This document shows, one piece after another, positions 1 through 11,600 of a stretch of DNA of 64,000 nucleotides. Source of the DNA: the human T2T-CHM13v2.0 reference genome, Homo sapiens; the NCBI RefSeq assembly GCF_009914755.1, contig NC_060935.1; one strand, given 5' to 3'. The position numbers and the translations under genes are program-made. The notes below the pieces were generated by a model. It worked only from the letters and a program-made list of their open reading frames with translations, did not search any database and had not been told where the DNA came from. Within the stretch, counting starts at the first letter, position 1; each line of letters opens with the position of its first letter.

Positions 1-959
1 TTTACACCTCCAGTATTGAAAATGATACAAAGATGAAATGCATAGTAAGTTGTAAAAATAGTACAATTTAAAATAGTAAAAAATATACTAAGAAAGAAAA
101 CTAAAACTAAAATTTGACATATGAAAAAGTGTATTATTACAAGGACAGATTGTGGGCAATTGCACAGAGACAATCCCTAAGAACTGGCGGACTTTCATGG
201 TCATTAACTATATTTTGAAGTCTTTCATCACAATGAATATCTGCTTTTTTCTTTTAGGGCATGGCTCTCTTCAGATAATATGTTTACGTTCATTTCCTAT
301 GTGGCACTGCTCTTTTCAAAATTCTTCCATGATTCTATGTATACTGATATGAGCATTTCCTATTAAAGCTTTCTACCTTCTGTGCCATGCTTCTACGTTG
401 TTTAGGGTTCACAGAAATCCATTTCACGTGCCCTCATAGACAGAACACAAGTTTGGCAGAAACAGTGCTGGTGATCGAACAGCAATGCCATTGTGAACAT
501 TACATCTTCTTATCCTACTGTGCACATAATAATTTTTGAACCAGTCAGTAAGCTTTACTGGCTTCTTCAAGCAAATTCAGCTTTAATTCATTAAAACCTC
601 CTGAAATGTCATTAGTAGGAAGGTAAATGATGCATTTTTAAACTGAAGTTTTATTTGTTGCTGTATGCTGTGGCTAATCCACTCATTTGACTTTTCCACC
701 AAATGCAAATAAAGACAATAAGAAGATAATAATTTTGCCTACATGATGTAACTATCCTGCATACAGCTTCCCAGAATTTGGCTTTCAGGATTTCAACATT
801 TGGGATTTTAATCTTTTGGGATTGTGAATTTCACAATTTTAGACATTGGGAATTTTGATCTTTCAGGATTTAAACTTTTGGAATTTTGATCTTTTGGAAT
901 TTCACCATTCAGGATTATGGCATTTGGAATTGTGTCTTTCAGGATTATGATCCAAACGC
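1..959 (-). mobile_element. Ricksha-type MULE/MuDR DNA transposon remnant (one terminal inverted repeat plus decayed transposase C-terminus); continues off the window start
   Basis: Ends ...TTTCAGGATTATGATCCAAACGC (~935-959), the reverse complement of the Ricksha terminus GGGTTTGGATCATAATCCC as I recall it. Preceded by ~15-bp subterminal repeats (TTTCAGGATTT-like, 780-950). Minus-strand translation of ~137-720 gives MULE-like DWFKNYYVH...LNNVEAWHRR...IHCDERLQNIVND...AIAHNLSL* with several stops and frameshifts. Confidence 0.8.
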
Positions 960-960
960 A

Positions 961-1272
961 AGCCACTGATGTAAATTCCAGTCTAGAGCTGAACAGCTGA
1001 GACCTAGGAGTATCGAAGGCAGGAGAAGATAAATGTCACAATTCAGGAAGTTAGGCGGAGTTAATTCAAACTTCTACATTCTTGCTCTATTCAGGCCCTC
1101 AAAGGGTTAGATGATGCACACTCAACATTAGAGATGGCCATCTGCTTTATTAGTCCACCAGTTCAAATGCTATCTCTTCCAGAAACACCATCACAGACAC
1201 TCCCAGATATTTTAACCAGGTATTTGGCCCCCTGGGGGCCAGAGAAGTTGACATATAAAATTAAGTATCACA
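961..1272 (-). mobile_element. MLT2 (ERVL) LTR, 5' portion
   Basis: Ends ...AAGTTGACATATAAAATTAAGTATCACA, the reverse complement of the MLT2 5' terminus TGTGATGGTTAATTTTATGTGTCAACTT. Internal match to CTATTCAGGCCCTC...TCTCTTCCAGAAACACC.TCACAGACAC. Confidence 0.75.
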
Positions 1273-1699
1273 GTGTGCATAGTATTTTTACTTTAAAATG
1301 TTGTGAAACTTAGCTTGTTAATTAAAAAGTCTGTGGATTCTACTTTTAAAAAATCTGGATTTCTATTTTCTTTTAAACAGGTAAAAATATCAAGAAATGC
1401 TGAGGCCCATGTCCCAGAACAACAGTCCTTTAGGTGGATCACACATTCTCCACTACACCAAGCTCTACTCAGTAAGTTTTGCTTCTTTGCACTTACCTGC
1501 CCAGCCCCTGTTGGTGACCAGGTTTGCAACATTTGCTCTGCGTGATCCAGTGGAGCAGAGAACTAGAGTTTGAAACTAAATCCTCATTTACATATACAAT
1601 TTTCTTGTGCACCTAAAAGGATAATAGATGGCTGGTAAAGAATGGGATTCAAAAATTCAGTATTCTGGGTCCAGGTCAACTTTTAATTTTTCCTCAGAT

Positions 1700-2125
1700 C
1701 CGTTAGGCATGTGATGCATGCTGTAGGTAGCTCCTCTCCACTAAATTACCCGAGCATCCATGGGTGGATACTTCTTCCTTCTTCCTTCTCCCATGGTGCT
1801 CTGTCACCCTCCAGTGTGTTTCTCACCTACCTAGGTAAGAATGGTTCACACTATGTATCCAAGTTCCTGTTCATGGTGAGGAGGAAAGAGAGAAAGTAAA
1901 GAGGAAACAAATTGTATTTAAGGAGGTGGCTCAGCAGGTCTGCCTGTCACTTCCACTCTTGCTCCATTGGTGAGAGCTTAGTCACAAAGCATCGCTTAGC
2001 TCCTGGGAAGCATTTCTAATATTTCTAATAGGCAGCCATGTGACCTGCCAAAAAGCAGTGAGGGGCTATCACTCAAAGGAGAAAAGAGCAAATGCAAACT
2101 GGAGAATAATTGCTGTTCCCTGCTT
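1700..2125 (-). mobile_element. Old MaLR LTR fragment (MLT1J/K-like)
   Basis: Degenerate match to MLT1 motifs CACTTCC...CCATTGG...CTTAGTCAC...GGCAGCCATGTG at 1945-2045. Boundaries approximate. Confidence 0.5.
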
Positions 2126-2193
2126 TAATGGTCCTTTAGGGGGAAAAAAGGGGAGACAGGCCTTTTTTTCTCAGCAAACCCTTGAACATATAT

Positions 2194-2222
2194 ACACACA
2201 CACACACACGCACACACACGCA

Positions 2223-2264
<42 letters not shown>
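2194..2264. repeat. (CA)n microsatellite with CG interruptions
   Basis: Directly visible; explains the HTHTHT ORFs at 2040/2182. Confidence 0.97.
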
Positions 2265-2266
<2 letters not shown>

Positions 2267-2752
2267 ACCACCACAGCCAACAACATCTATCTATATGCCC
2301 TGAATATTCACCATTTTTTTTAAACCAAACTGCAACAAACAGTGAAATTATGAGGAAATTATTTTCTTATTAACTTCATTGGACAAGAAACTCTGGCTTT
2401 CAATGCCTCTTTACAGTTCTTCCTTTTATTTATTCACATAATGGGTAAGACTTCTAATTTAATCAGTATGAAAATTAGACGTTTCCTGAAATGTTTGGAG
2501 TTGAAGAAGTCCCTCCTCATTCAATGTTTATATTTAAAAAAGAACTGACCTTAAAAAAAACCCATAAAGCTCTAGTCTATAGATAAGTACCCATGTTTGT
2601 GTATTTAAATAGAGCCTGTCATATCCATTACATCCATCAGAAAAGATGAGAGAGAAAAGCATAGTCAGGCAGTGATCTTTAATTGTTTCTTCAAATCTTT
2701 GATTAGAATTGCCTAAAATCCTTTCTCACCCAATACCATACCTGCATACAAC

Positions 2753-2754
2753 AT

Positions 2755-2793
<39 letters not shown>

Positions 2794-2794
2794 T
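2753..2794. repeat. (ATTT)n tetranucleotide microsatellite, ~10 units
   Basis: Directly visible. Confidence 0.95.
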
Positions 2795-2936
2795 GAATCC
2801 CTAGTTTTCAGGGAAACTCAGACAAACATATAAATATGAGTAAGCACTGTGATAAGTGCTGTGTATGGAATACTGTTGAATTAGGGTAAGGGAATGAATA
2901 ATTAATTTGTCTGGGTGAACATTCCATTGTACCATA

Positions 2937-3847
2937 ATTTATTTTTAATTAATTATTTATTTATTTATTTAGTTTATTATTATTATACTTTAAGTTTTAG
3001 GGTACATGTGCACAACGTGCAGGTTTGTTACATATGTATACATGTGCCATGTTGGTGTGCTGCACCCTTTAACTCGTCATTTAGCATTAGGTATATCTCC
3101 TAATGGTATCCCTCCCCTCTCCCCCAACCCCACAACAGTCCCCAGTGTGTGATGTTCCCCTTCCTGTGTCCATGTGTTCTCATTGTTCAATTCCCACCTA
3201 TGACTGAGAACATGCGGTGTTTGGTATTTTGTCCTTGCGAGAGTTTGCTGAGAATGATGGTTTCCAGTTTCATCCATGTCCCTACAAAGGACATGAACTC
3301 ATCATTTTTTATGGCTGTGTAGTATTCCATGGTGTATATGTGCCACATTTTCTTAATCCAGTCTATTGTTGTTGGACATTTGGGTTGGTTCCAAGTCTTT
3401 GCTGTTGTGAATAGTGCCACTATAAAAAATTAATTCAAGATGGATTAAAGGCTTACATGTTAGACCTAAAGCCATAAAAACCCTAGAAGAAAACCTAGGC
3501 AATACCATTCAGGACATAGGCATGGGAAAGGACTTCATGTCTAAAACACCAAAAGCAATGGCAACAAAAGCCAAAATTGACAAATGGGATCTAATTAAAC
3601 TAAAGAGCTTCTGCACAGCAAAAGAAAATAGCATCAGAGTGAACAGGCAACCTACAGAATGGGAGAAAGTTTTTGCAACCTACTCATCTGACAAAGGGCT
3701 AATATCCAGGATCTACAATGAACTCAGATAAATTTACAAGAAAAAAACAAACAACCCCATCAAAAAGTGGGCAAAGGATATGAATAGACACTTCTCAAAA
3801 GAAGACATTTATGCAGCCAAGAAACACATAAAAAAACATTTATTTTT
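2937..3847 (-). mobile_element. 5'-truncated, 5'-inverted (twin-primed) L1, L1PA3/L1PA4-like
   Basis: T-rich tail at ~2947-2985. L1 3'UTR and ORF2 end on the minus strand to ~3424, then ORF2 sequence on the plus strand ~3421-3836 ([35 protein letters not shown]). Candidate TSD ATTTATTTTT at 2937-2946 and 3838-3847. Confidence 0.88.
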
Positions 3848-3910
3848 GAAAACATACAAGCTACCACCTATGATTTTTATTCCACTGGAAACTTTTAAGG
3901 AAATTTTGCA

Positions 3911-4613
3911 TTTAAAGCCAGTTTTTTTTTTTTGTTATACTTTAAGTTTTAGGGTATATGTGCACATTGTGCAGGTTAGTTACATATGTATACATGTGCC
4001 ATGCTGGTGCGCTGCACCCACTAACTCGTCATCTAGCATTAGGTATATCTCCCAATGCTATCCCTCCCCCCCTCCCTCCACCCCACCACAGTCCCCAGAG
4101 TGTGATTTTCCCCTTCCTGGGTCCATGTGATCTCATTGTTCAATTCCCACCTATGAGTGAGAATATGCGGTGTTTGGTTTTTTGTTCTTGCGATAGTTTA
4201 CTGAGAATGATGATTTCCAATTTCATCCATGTCCCTACAAAGGACAAGAACTCATCATTTTTTATGGCTGCATAGTATTCCATGGTGTATATGTGCCACA
4301 TTTTCTTAATCCAGTCTATCATTGTTGGACATTTGGGTTGGTTCCAAGTCTTTGCTATTGTGAATAATGCCGCAATAAACATACGTGTGCATGTGTCTTT
4401 ATAGCAGCATGATTTATAGTCCTTTGGTTATATACCCAGTAATGGGATGGCTGGGTCAAATGGTATTTCTAGTTCTAGATCCCTGAGGAATCGCCACACT
4501 GACTTCCACAATGGTTGAACTAGTTTACAGTCCCACCAACAGTGTAAAAGTGTTCCTATTTCTCCACATCCTCTCCAGCACCTGTTGTTTCCTGACTTTA
4601 AAGCCAGTTTTTT
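3911..4613 (-). mobile_element. 5'-truncated L1, L1PA2-like (~670 bp)
   Basis: Poly-T, 3'UTR and ORF2 C-terminus (ORFs 4140..4382 and 4428..4625, [18 protein letters not shown]). 17-bp TSD TTTAAAGCCAGTTTTTT at 3911-3927 and 4597-4613, followed by AA (TTTT/AA endonuclease site). 3'UTR reads GCTAGATGAC-GAG-TTAGTGGG: GAG rather than the L1HS-Ta ACA. Confidence 0.92.
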
Positions 4614-5261
4614 AAGATGACTCAAAGAACATCTTTATTTCCTCTTCACAAGGAGCCATCGCATGCACACTATTTTCAAGCTTTGTGCGGGTCCCAGAAA
4701 TCTCATTTTCAGAGCCACAGTGTATAATACAGAGTCACTGATGCTCTGGTTAAAGCAGGGGTTGTCAACCTGGAGCTCTGACCACTGAACATCTCTGTCA
4801 CCTGACAAAGAAGTCCCTGCAACCTCTTTGAGGAGTCCCCTGACCCTCTGTGAGCATGTCTGAATCCATGCTGCATTGACTCTTTATTCCTGGATTGAGT
4901 AAAAGGGAGAAAACAATCAGGAAAACTTATAAATTTTCTATGTAACACCAATGCAACTTTCCATTCTGTTATTTCAATGTAATAGGAAGAAATCAACCAG
5001 ATCAAGCTTTACACAGACAAAGCAATGATGTGCTAGGAGACGTGTGGAGTTTCGTGTTTCCACTGGACTTGCTAATCTCGTATAGTCACAGCCCTCTTCT
5101 GACCTGTATCTGGTTATATGTGAAGCAGAGGCTGTGTTGAGATGTAGTGAGATCATCATCTTTTATTAAATAAGAGGCTTTGGAAGCTTGGTTTCCCCAT
5201 GTGCAGACAGGGCAATCCCAGTGCTTTCTTGGCCTGGGCATAGGACTCATTCCCTTGCTTG

Positions 5262-5885
5262 CTCACCCTTACCAGAGAGACATCTCTGTCCACCCTATTT
5301 AAATTGCACCCACCTTTCCTTCTGGCATCCTCTGTCTTTTTTATATAGTTATATATATCATATTTTTATGTTTATATATATAAACATTTTTGAGACAGGT
5401 TAGCTCTGCCACCCGGGCTGGAGTCCAGTGGTGTGATTACATTTCACTACAGCCACAACCTCTCTGGCTCAAGCAATCTTCCCAAGGCAGCCTCCTAAGT
5501 AGGTGGGACTATAGGTGTATGCTACCACATCCAGCTAATTTTTTAAAGTTTTTTGTAGAGACGGGGTCTCACTATGTTGCCCAGGCTGGTTTTGAACTCC
5601 TGGGTTCATGTGATCCTCCTGCCTCAACCTCCCAAAGTGCTGGGATTACAGATGTAAGCCTCCCTTTGACATTCTCTATCCTTATCCTGCTTCATTTTTC
5701 TCCATACGGCTTCTCATCACTTGATGCTGTATATATTTATTTGTTTATCATCTCTCTCTCATCAGAATTCAACATCATAAGAACAGAAACTTTATTTCAT
5801 TTTGTTTGCTACTATCTCCCTGGAGCTGAGAAGACTTTCTGTCATGTAGTAAGTGGGCAATAAAGTAAGTTAGTTGTTGAGCGAA
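5262..5885 (+). mobile_element. L2 3'-end fragment, interrupted by the Alu at 5386-5660
   Basis: Degenerate L2 3' motifs (CCACCCTATTTAAATTGC; TATATATTTATTTGTTTAT; ...CATGTAGTAAGTGGGCAATAAA...TTGTTGA). Boundaries approximate. Confidence 0.55.
5386..5660 (-). mobile_element. Alu, AluJ-like
   Basis: TGAGACAGG...GGGTCTCACTATGTTGCCCAGGCTGG...CCCAAAGTGCTGGGATTACA; J-type features, diverged. Confidence 0.88.
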
Positions 5886-6604
5886 CCATGAGATCGTTGT
5901 GGAAAACCTGAGAATATGTATAAAATGTTCCACACGGTACATGGCACAAAGACCCTTGACACAAATTAGTTATTTTTGTTACTGTCATCACTTTTAGACA
6001 GATACTCTAAGAATGATGACTATGATCTCATCCAGGTCTTCATGGCTTAGTGGATCTCTTTAATACACTCCCTAAGTTACAACTGCGATTCCCAGAACAG
6101 TAAAAGGAAGTAGGTGTAGCATTCTACAATTCTGGAGTCAGCACATGAGGTAAGAAAAAAATCACATATATTATGAATTGTCATTGAAGATTATTTAGGA
6201 AGACACTACATAAAAGTTCAATGTGCCATTTTTCTCTAAACCCAACCCAAACAGGTTTTCTTCCTTCATCATAAGAGTAATATGTTTAAACACCAGTGTT
6301 TTTCAAGAGGGTGAGATGCTCATACAGTAGGTGCTGAGATGAAATGTGAGGGGTGAAGAATCAAGTGTCTTCTAAGTCACTCTGGCTAAGTCACTTCATA
6401 GATGTGAAGATGGGCCAGCATTATCATCATTGCTTCATTTATGGGTTTATTCTGTCTTGGTCTTGGGCTCTCTCTCTTCTCCCTTCCACTCCACCTACTC
6501 CTTCTCTTTTTGCCAGGCATGCAGTTGAAATAGTCTGAGTTAAATGTGTGTGTTTATAGACTCAGAAGCAGTGTCATATAAGACTGTTTTGCTCAGATCA
6601 TTTT

Positions 6605-6760
6605 CTGGTTGGAAGGACCTTTAGAAGACATCAGACCATTTTATTTTACACAAGATCCACAAGAAAAGTGGAGATAATTTGTCTAAGTCACACAGTGAGA
6701 GAGAGTTCCAGTGCTAGAAGCCAGTTCTGTGGCTCCCTAATCTGAGGAATTTTCTTCATC
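6605..6760 (-). mobile_element. MIR-family SINE fragment
   Basis: TTGGAAGGACCTTTAGAAGACATC...ATTTTAC...TTTGTCTAAGTCACACAG resembles the MIR core in reverse orientation. Confidence 0.5.
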
Positions 6761-8553
6761 TTTCTCAGCTGCCTTCTAATGTGTCCCATGTAACACTGTC
6801 ATTCCCCTTTCACTCTTTCCCCTTTCCAAACCATTCAACCATTCACCAAAGGGAGTGCTATGGCCTTTAGTTCTTCTCCACTTTGCTCAGGACTGAAGCA
6901 TCCTCCAATGAAGGCAGCATCCTCTGCTTCTCCCTGTAACTTCTTCCGGCTCTTCCCCCTTCCTCACTGCCTCAGGAATCAGTTGTATTTCCACACAGCC
7001 TCCTGAAACTGACTCACTGCTCTGTAATCGGGCCAGTGCCTGCCTACTGCATCCTTTGGCAGCTGCTGTCATTCTTCGTGGGAGACATCATTCATGATGC
7101 CCCTGGCACATCATGACAAAACTCCAATGAGTCTATTATTTTCTTTTTGAGTCATGTTGAACAGGGGCAACTTCCTCACACAAAGATCAGGAAACACATC
7201 CAGACAGACAGCACTAATGGATAGTGCAGAGGACTTAGAAACTCCAACCATATAAACAAATCTGCATTTCTGAAATAATAAGCATTCACATATAATGCCA
7301 GATGTGTGGATTCATCTTACAGAGTTAAACCTTTCTTTTGATTCAGCTGATTGAAGACACTGTTTTTCTAGAATCTGCAAATGGACATTTGAAAGCCCTT
7401 TGAAACCTATGGGTAGAAACAGAGTATCCCTAGAAAAAACTAGAAAGTGGCTATGTGTGAAACTGCTTTGTGATATGTGGATTCATCTCACAGAATTAAA
7501 CCTTTCTTTTGATTCAACAGGTTGGAAACACTCATTTTGTAGAATCTGCGAATTTACATGTGGGAGCCCATTGAGGCCTTTGGGGAAAATCTGAATATAC
7601 ACAAATAAAAACTAGAACAAAACTGTCTGTGAAACTGTTTTGTGATGTGTCGATTAATCTCACAGATTTAAAGATTTCTTTTAATTCAGCAGGTTGGAAA
7701 AACAGTTTTTGTAGTATTTGTGGAAGGACATTTGGGAGCCCTTTGTGGTCTATGGGAAAAACACAATATCCCAAAATAAAAACTAGAAAAAAGCTATCTG
7801 TGAAACTGCTTTGTAATGTGTGGATTAACCTCAAGGGTTAAGCCTTTCTTTTGATTCAGCAGGTTGGAAACACTCTTTTTATAGAACTTGCAAAGGGACG
7901 TTTGGGAGCCTGTTGAATCCTATGTGGAAAAAGTGAATATCCCCAGATAAAAGCTAGAAAGAAGCTATCTGTGAAACTCCTTGGTGATGTGTGGACTCAT
8001 CTCACAGAGTTAAATGTTTCTTTTGATTCAGCAGGTTGGAAACACTCTTTTTGTAAGATCTGCAAAGGGATGTTTGGGAGGCCATTGATGTCTATGGGGA
8101 GAGAGTGAATTTCCCCAGATAGAAACTGGAAAGAAGCCTCTGTGAAAGTGCTTGTTGATGTGTGTATTCATCTCACAGATTTAAACATTTCCTTTGATTC
8201 AGCAGGTTGGAAACTCTCTTTTTGTCAAATCTGTGAAGAAACTTTTGGGATCCCAATGAGGTCTACAAGAAAAAACAAATATCCACAGATGAAAACTAGA
8301 AAGAAGCTGTGAAACTGCTTGGTGATGTGCAGATTCATCTCGCAGTGTTAAATCTTTCTTTTCATTCAGCAGGTTGGAGACACGCTTTTTGCAGAATATG
8401 TGAAGGAACATTTTGGAACCCATTGAGGACTATGTGGAAAAACCAAATATCCCTAGAAAAAAACAAGTAAGAAGCTATCTGTGAAATGGCCTGGTCATGT
8501 GTGGATTCATTTCACAGAGTTAACTTTTCTTTTGATTCAGCAGTTTGGAGACA

Positions 8554-8555
<2 letters not shown>

Positions 8556-8623
<68 letters not shown>
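8556..8623. repeat. Pure (TA)n microsatellite, ~34 units, inside an alphoid monomer
   Basis: Directly visible; sits where the monomer normally has CTTTTTGTAG. Confidence 0.97.
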
Positions 8624-8625
<2 letters not shown>

Positions 8626-11600
8626 CTGTGAAGGGACATTTTGGAGCCCATTGAGGCCTATAGGGAAAAACAGAATATCCGCAGAAAAAAAAACTTCAAA
8701 TAAGGGATCAGTGAAACTACTTGTGATGTGTGGATTCATCTCACAGAATTAAACCTTTCTTTTGATTCAACAGCTGGAAACAGTCTTTTTGTAGAATCTG
8801 CAAAGGGACATTTGAAGGCCCATTGAGGCCTGGGGTTAAAACAAATATCATCAGATAGAAACTAGAAAGAAGCTATCTGTGAAACTGCTTTGTTGTGTGT
8901 GGATTCATCTCATAAAGTTAAACCTTTCTTTTGTTTCACCAGGTTGGAAAGACTCGTTTTGTAGAATCTGTGAAGGGAAAATCAAACCCCTTTGAGGCCT
9001 ATGGGGAAAAACCAAATATCTCCAGATAAAAACTAGAAAGAAGCTATCTGTGAAACTGCTTTGTGATGTGTGGATTCATCTCACAGAATTAAACCTTTCT
9101 TTTGATTCAACAGGTTGGAAACACTCATTTTGTAGAATCTGCCAATGGACATTTGGGAGTCCATTGAGGCCTATGGGGAAAAACAAAATATCCTCAGATA
9201 AAAACTAGAAAGAAGTTATCTGGGAAACTGATTTGTGATGTGTGGAATCATCTCACAGTGTTAAACTTTTCTTTTGATTCAGCACATTGGAACCACTCTT
9301 TTTGTAGAATCTGCAAAGGGACATTTGGGAGCCCTTTGAGTCCTATGGGGTAAAACAGAATATCCTCGGATAAAAACTAGAAAGGAGCCATCTGTGAAAC
9401 TGCCTGGTGATGTGTGGATTCATCTGACAGAGTTAAAACTTTCTTTTGATTCAGCAGGTTGGAAACACTCTTTTTGTAGAATCTGCAAAGAGACATTTCA
9501 GAGCTTGTCAAGGCCTGTCGGGAAAAAATGAATATCCTCAGATAAAAGTAGAAAGAAACTATATGTGAAGCTCCTTTGTGGCGTGTGCATTCCTCTCACA
9601 GAGTTAATCCTTCCTTTTGTTTCAGCAGGTTGGAAACACTCGTTTTGTAGAATCTGTGAGGAGACATTTGGGAGGCCATTTTGACCCATGGGGAAAAACC
9701 AAATATCCCCAGGTAAAAACTAGAAGGGAGAAATCTGTGAAACTACTTGGTGATGTGTGGATACATCTCACAGAGTTAAATCTTTCTTTTGATTTAGCAG
9801 GTTGGAACACTCTTTTTGTAGAATCTGTGAAGGTACATTTGGGAGTTCATTGTGTCCAATGGAAAAAAACTGAATATTCCCAGATAAAAGCTATAATGAA
9901 GCTATTAGTGAAACTGCTTTTTGGTGTGTGGATTAATCTTAGAGAGTTAAACTTTTCTTTGAATTCGGCAGATTGGAAACAGTTTTTTTGTAGAATTTGC
10001 AAAATGGCATTTGGGAGCCCATTGAGACCTATGGGAAAAACCCAAATGTCCCCAGATAAAAACTAGAAGGAAGCTATCTGTAAAACTGCTGGGTGACTTG
10101 TGGATTCACCTCACAGAATTACATCCTTCTTTTTACTCAGCAGCGTGGAAACATTCTTTTTGTAGAATCTGTGAAGGGTCATTTGGGAGCCCATTGAAAC
10201 CTACAGGGAAAAACCGAATAGGCCCAGATAAAAAGTAGAAAGAAGCTATCTGTGAAACTGCTTGGTGATATGTGGATTCAGCCCACAGAGTTAAACCTTT
10301 ATTTTGATTCAACAGGTTGGAAACACTCTTTTTGTAGATTCTGTAAAGGGATATTTGGGATTCCATTGAAGCCTATGGGGAAAAAACGATTATCCCGTAT
10401 AAAAACTAGAAAGAAGCTATGTGTGATACTGCTTTGTGATGTGTGGATCCATCTCAAAGTGTTAAACTTTACTTTTTATTAAGCAAGTTGGAAACACTCT
10501 TTTTGTAAAATCTGAGAAGGAAATTTTCAAAACCCATCAAAACCTATGAGGAAAAACTGAATATTTTCAGATAAAAACAAGAAAGAAGTTATCTGTGAAA
10601 CTGCTTAGCAATGAGTGGATTCATCACACAGAGTTAAAACTTTCTATTGATTAGTAGATTGGGAACACTCTTTTTGTAGATTGTGTGAAGGGATTTTTAG
10701 GAGCCTGACGAGGCTTATGGGGAAAAACTGAATGCCCCAGATAAAAACTAGAAAAAAAGCTATCTGTGAAAGTGCTTTGTGATTTGTCATTTCATCTCAC
10801 AGAGTTATACCTTTATTTTGATTCAGAAGATTGTAGGCACTTTTTTTTGTAGAATCTCTGAAAGGGATTTGGGGGACAATTTAGGCCTATGGAGAAAAAC
10901 CAAATATCCCAAAATAAAAATTGGAAAGAAGTTATCTGTGAAACTGCTTTGTGATGTGTGGATTCATCTCACATAATTAAACCTTTCTTTTGATTCAGCA
11001 GGTTGGTAACAGACATTTTGTAGGATCTGCGAAGAGACATTTGGGAACCCATTGAGGCCTATGGGGAAAAATGGAAAATGCCCAGCTAAAAACTAGAAAG
11101 AAGCCCTATGTGAAGCTGCTTTGTGATGTGTGGATTTATCTCACAAAGTTAAGCCTTTCTTTTGATTAAGCAGGTTGGAAACACTCTTTTTGTAGCATAA
11201 GTGAAGTGACATTTTAAAGCCCATTGAATCCTACAAGGAAAAACCGAATATCCTGAGATAAAAAATAGAAAGAAGCTATCTGTGAAACAGCTTTGTGATG
11301 TGTGGATTCATTAACAGAGTTAAACCTTCCTTTTGATTTAGCAGGTTGGAAACACTCTCTTTGTAGAATATGTGAAGAAACATTTGGGAGCCAATTGAGG
11401 CCTATAGTGAAAAACCGAATATCTGCAGATAAACACTAGAAAGAAGCTATATGTGAAACTCCTTGGTGATGTGTGGATTCATCTCACAGAGTTTAACCTT
11501 TCCTTTGGTTCACTAGGTTGAAAACACTCTTTTTGTAGAATTTGTGAAGGAACATTTGGGAGCCCATTCATGCTTATGGAAAAAAAAAACCAAATATCCC

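Noticed and set aside
770-955. Novel ~15-bp tandem repeat
   Set aside because: Explained as the subterminal repeats of the Ricksha element.
2937-4613. A single rearranged L1 spanning both elements (ORF 3780..4130 bridges them)
   Set aside because: Two tails, two TSD pairs, different subfamily diagnostics and a non-L1 spacer.
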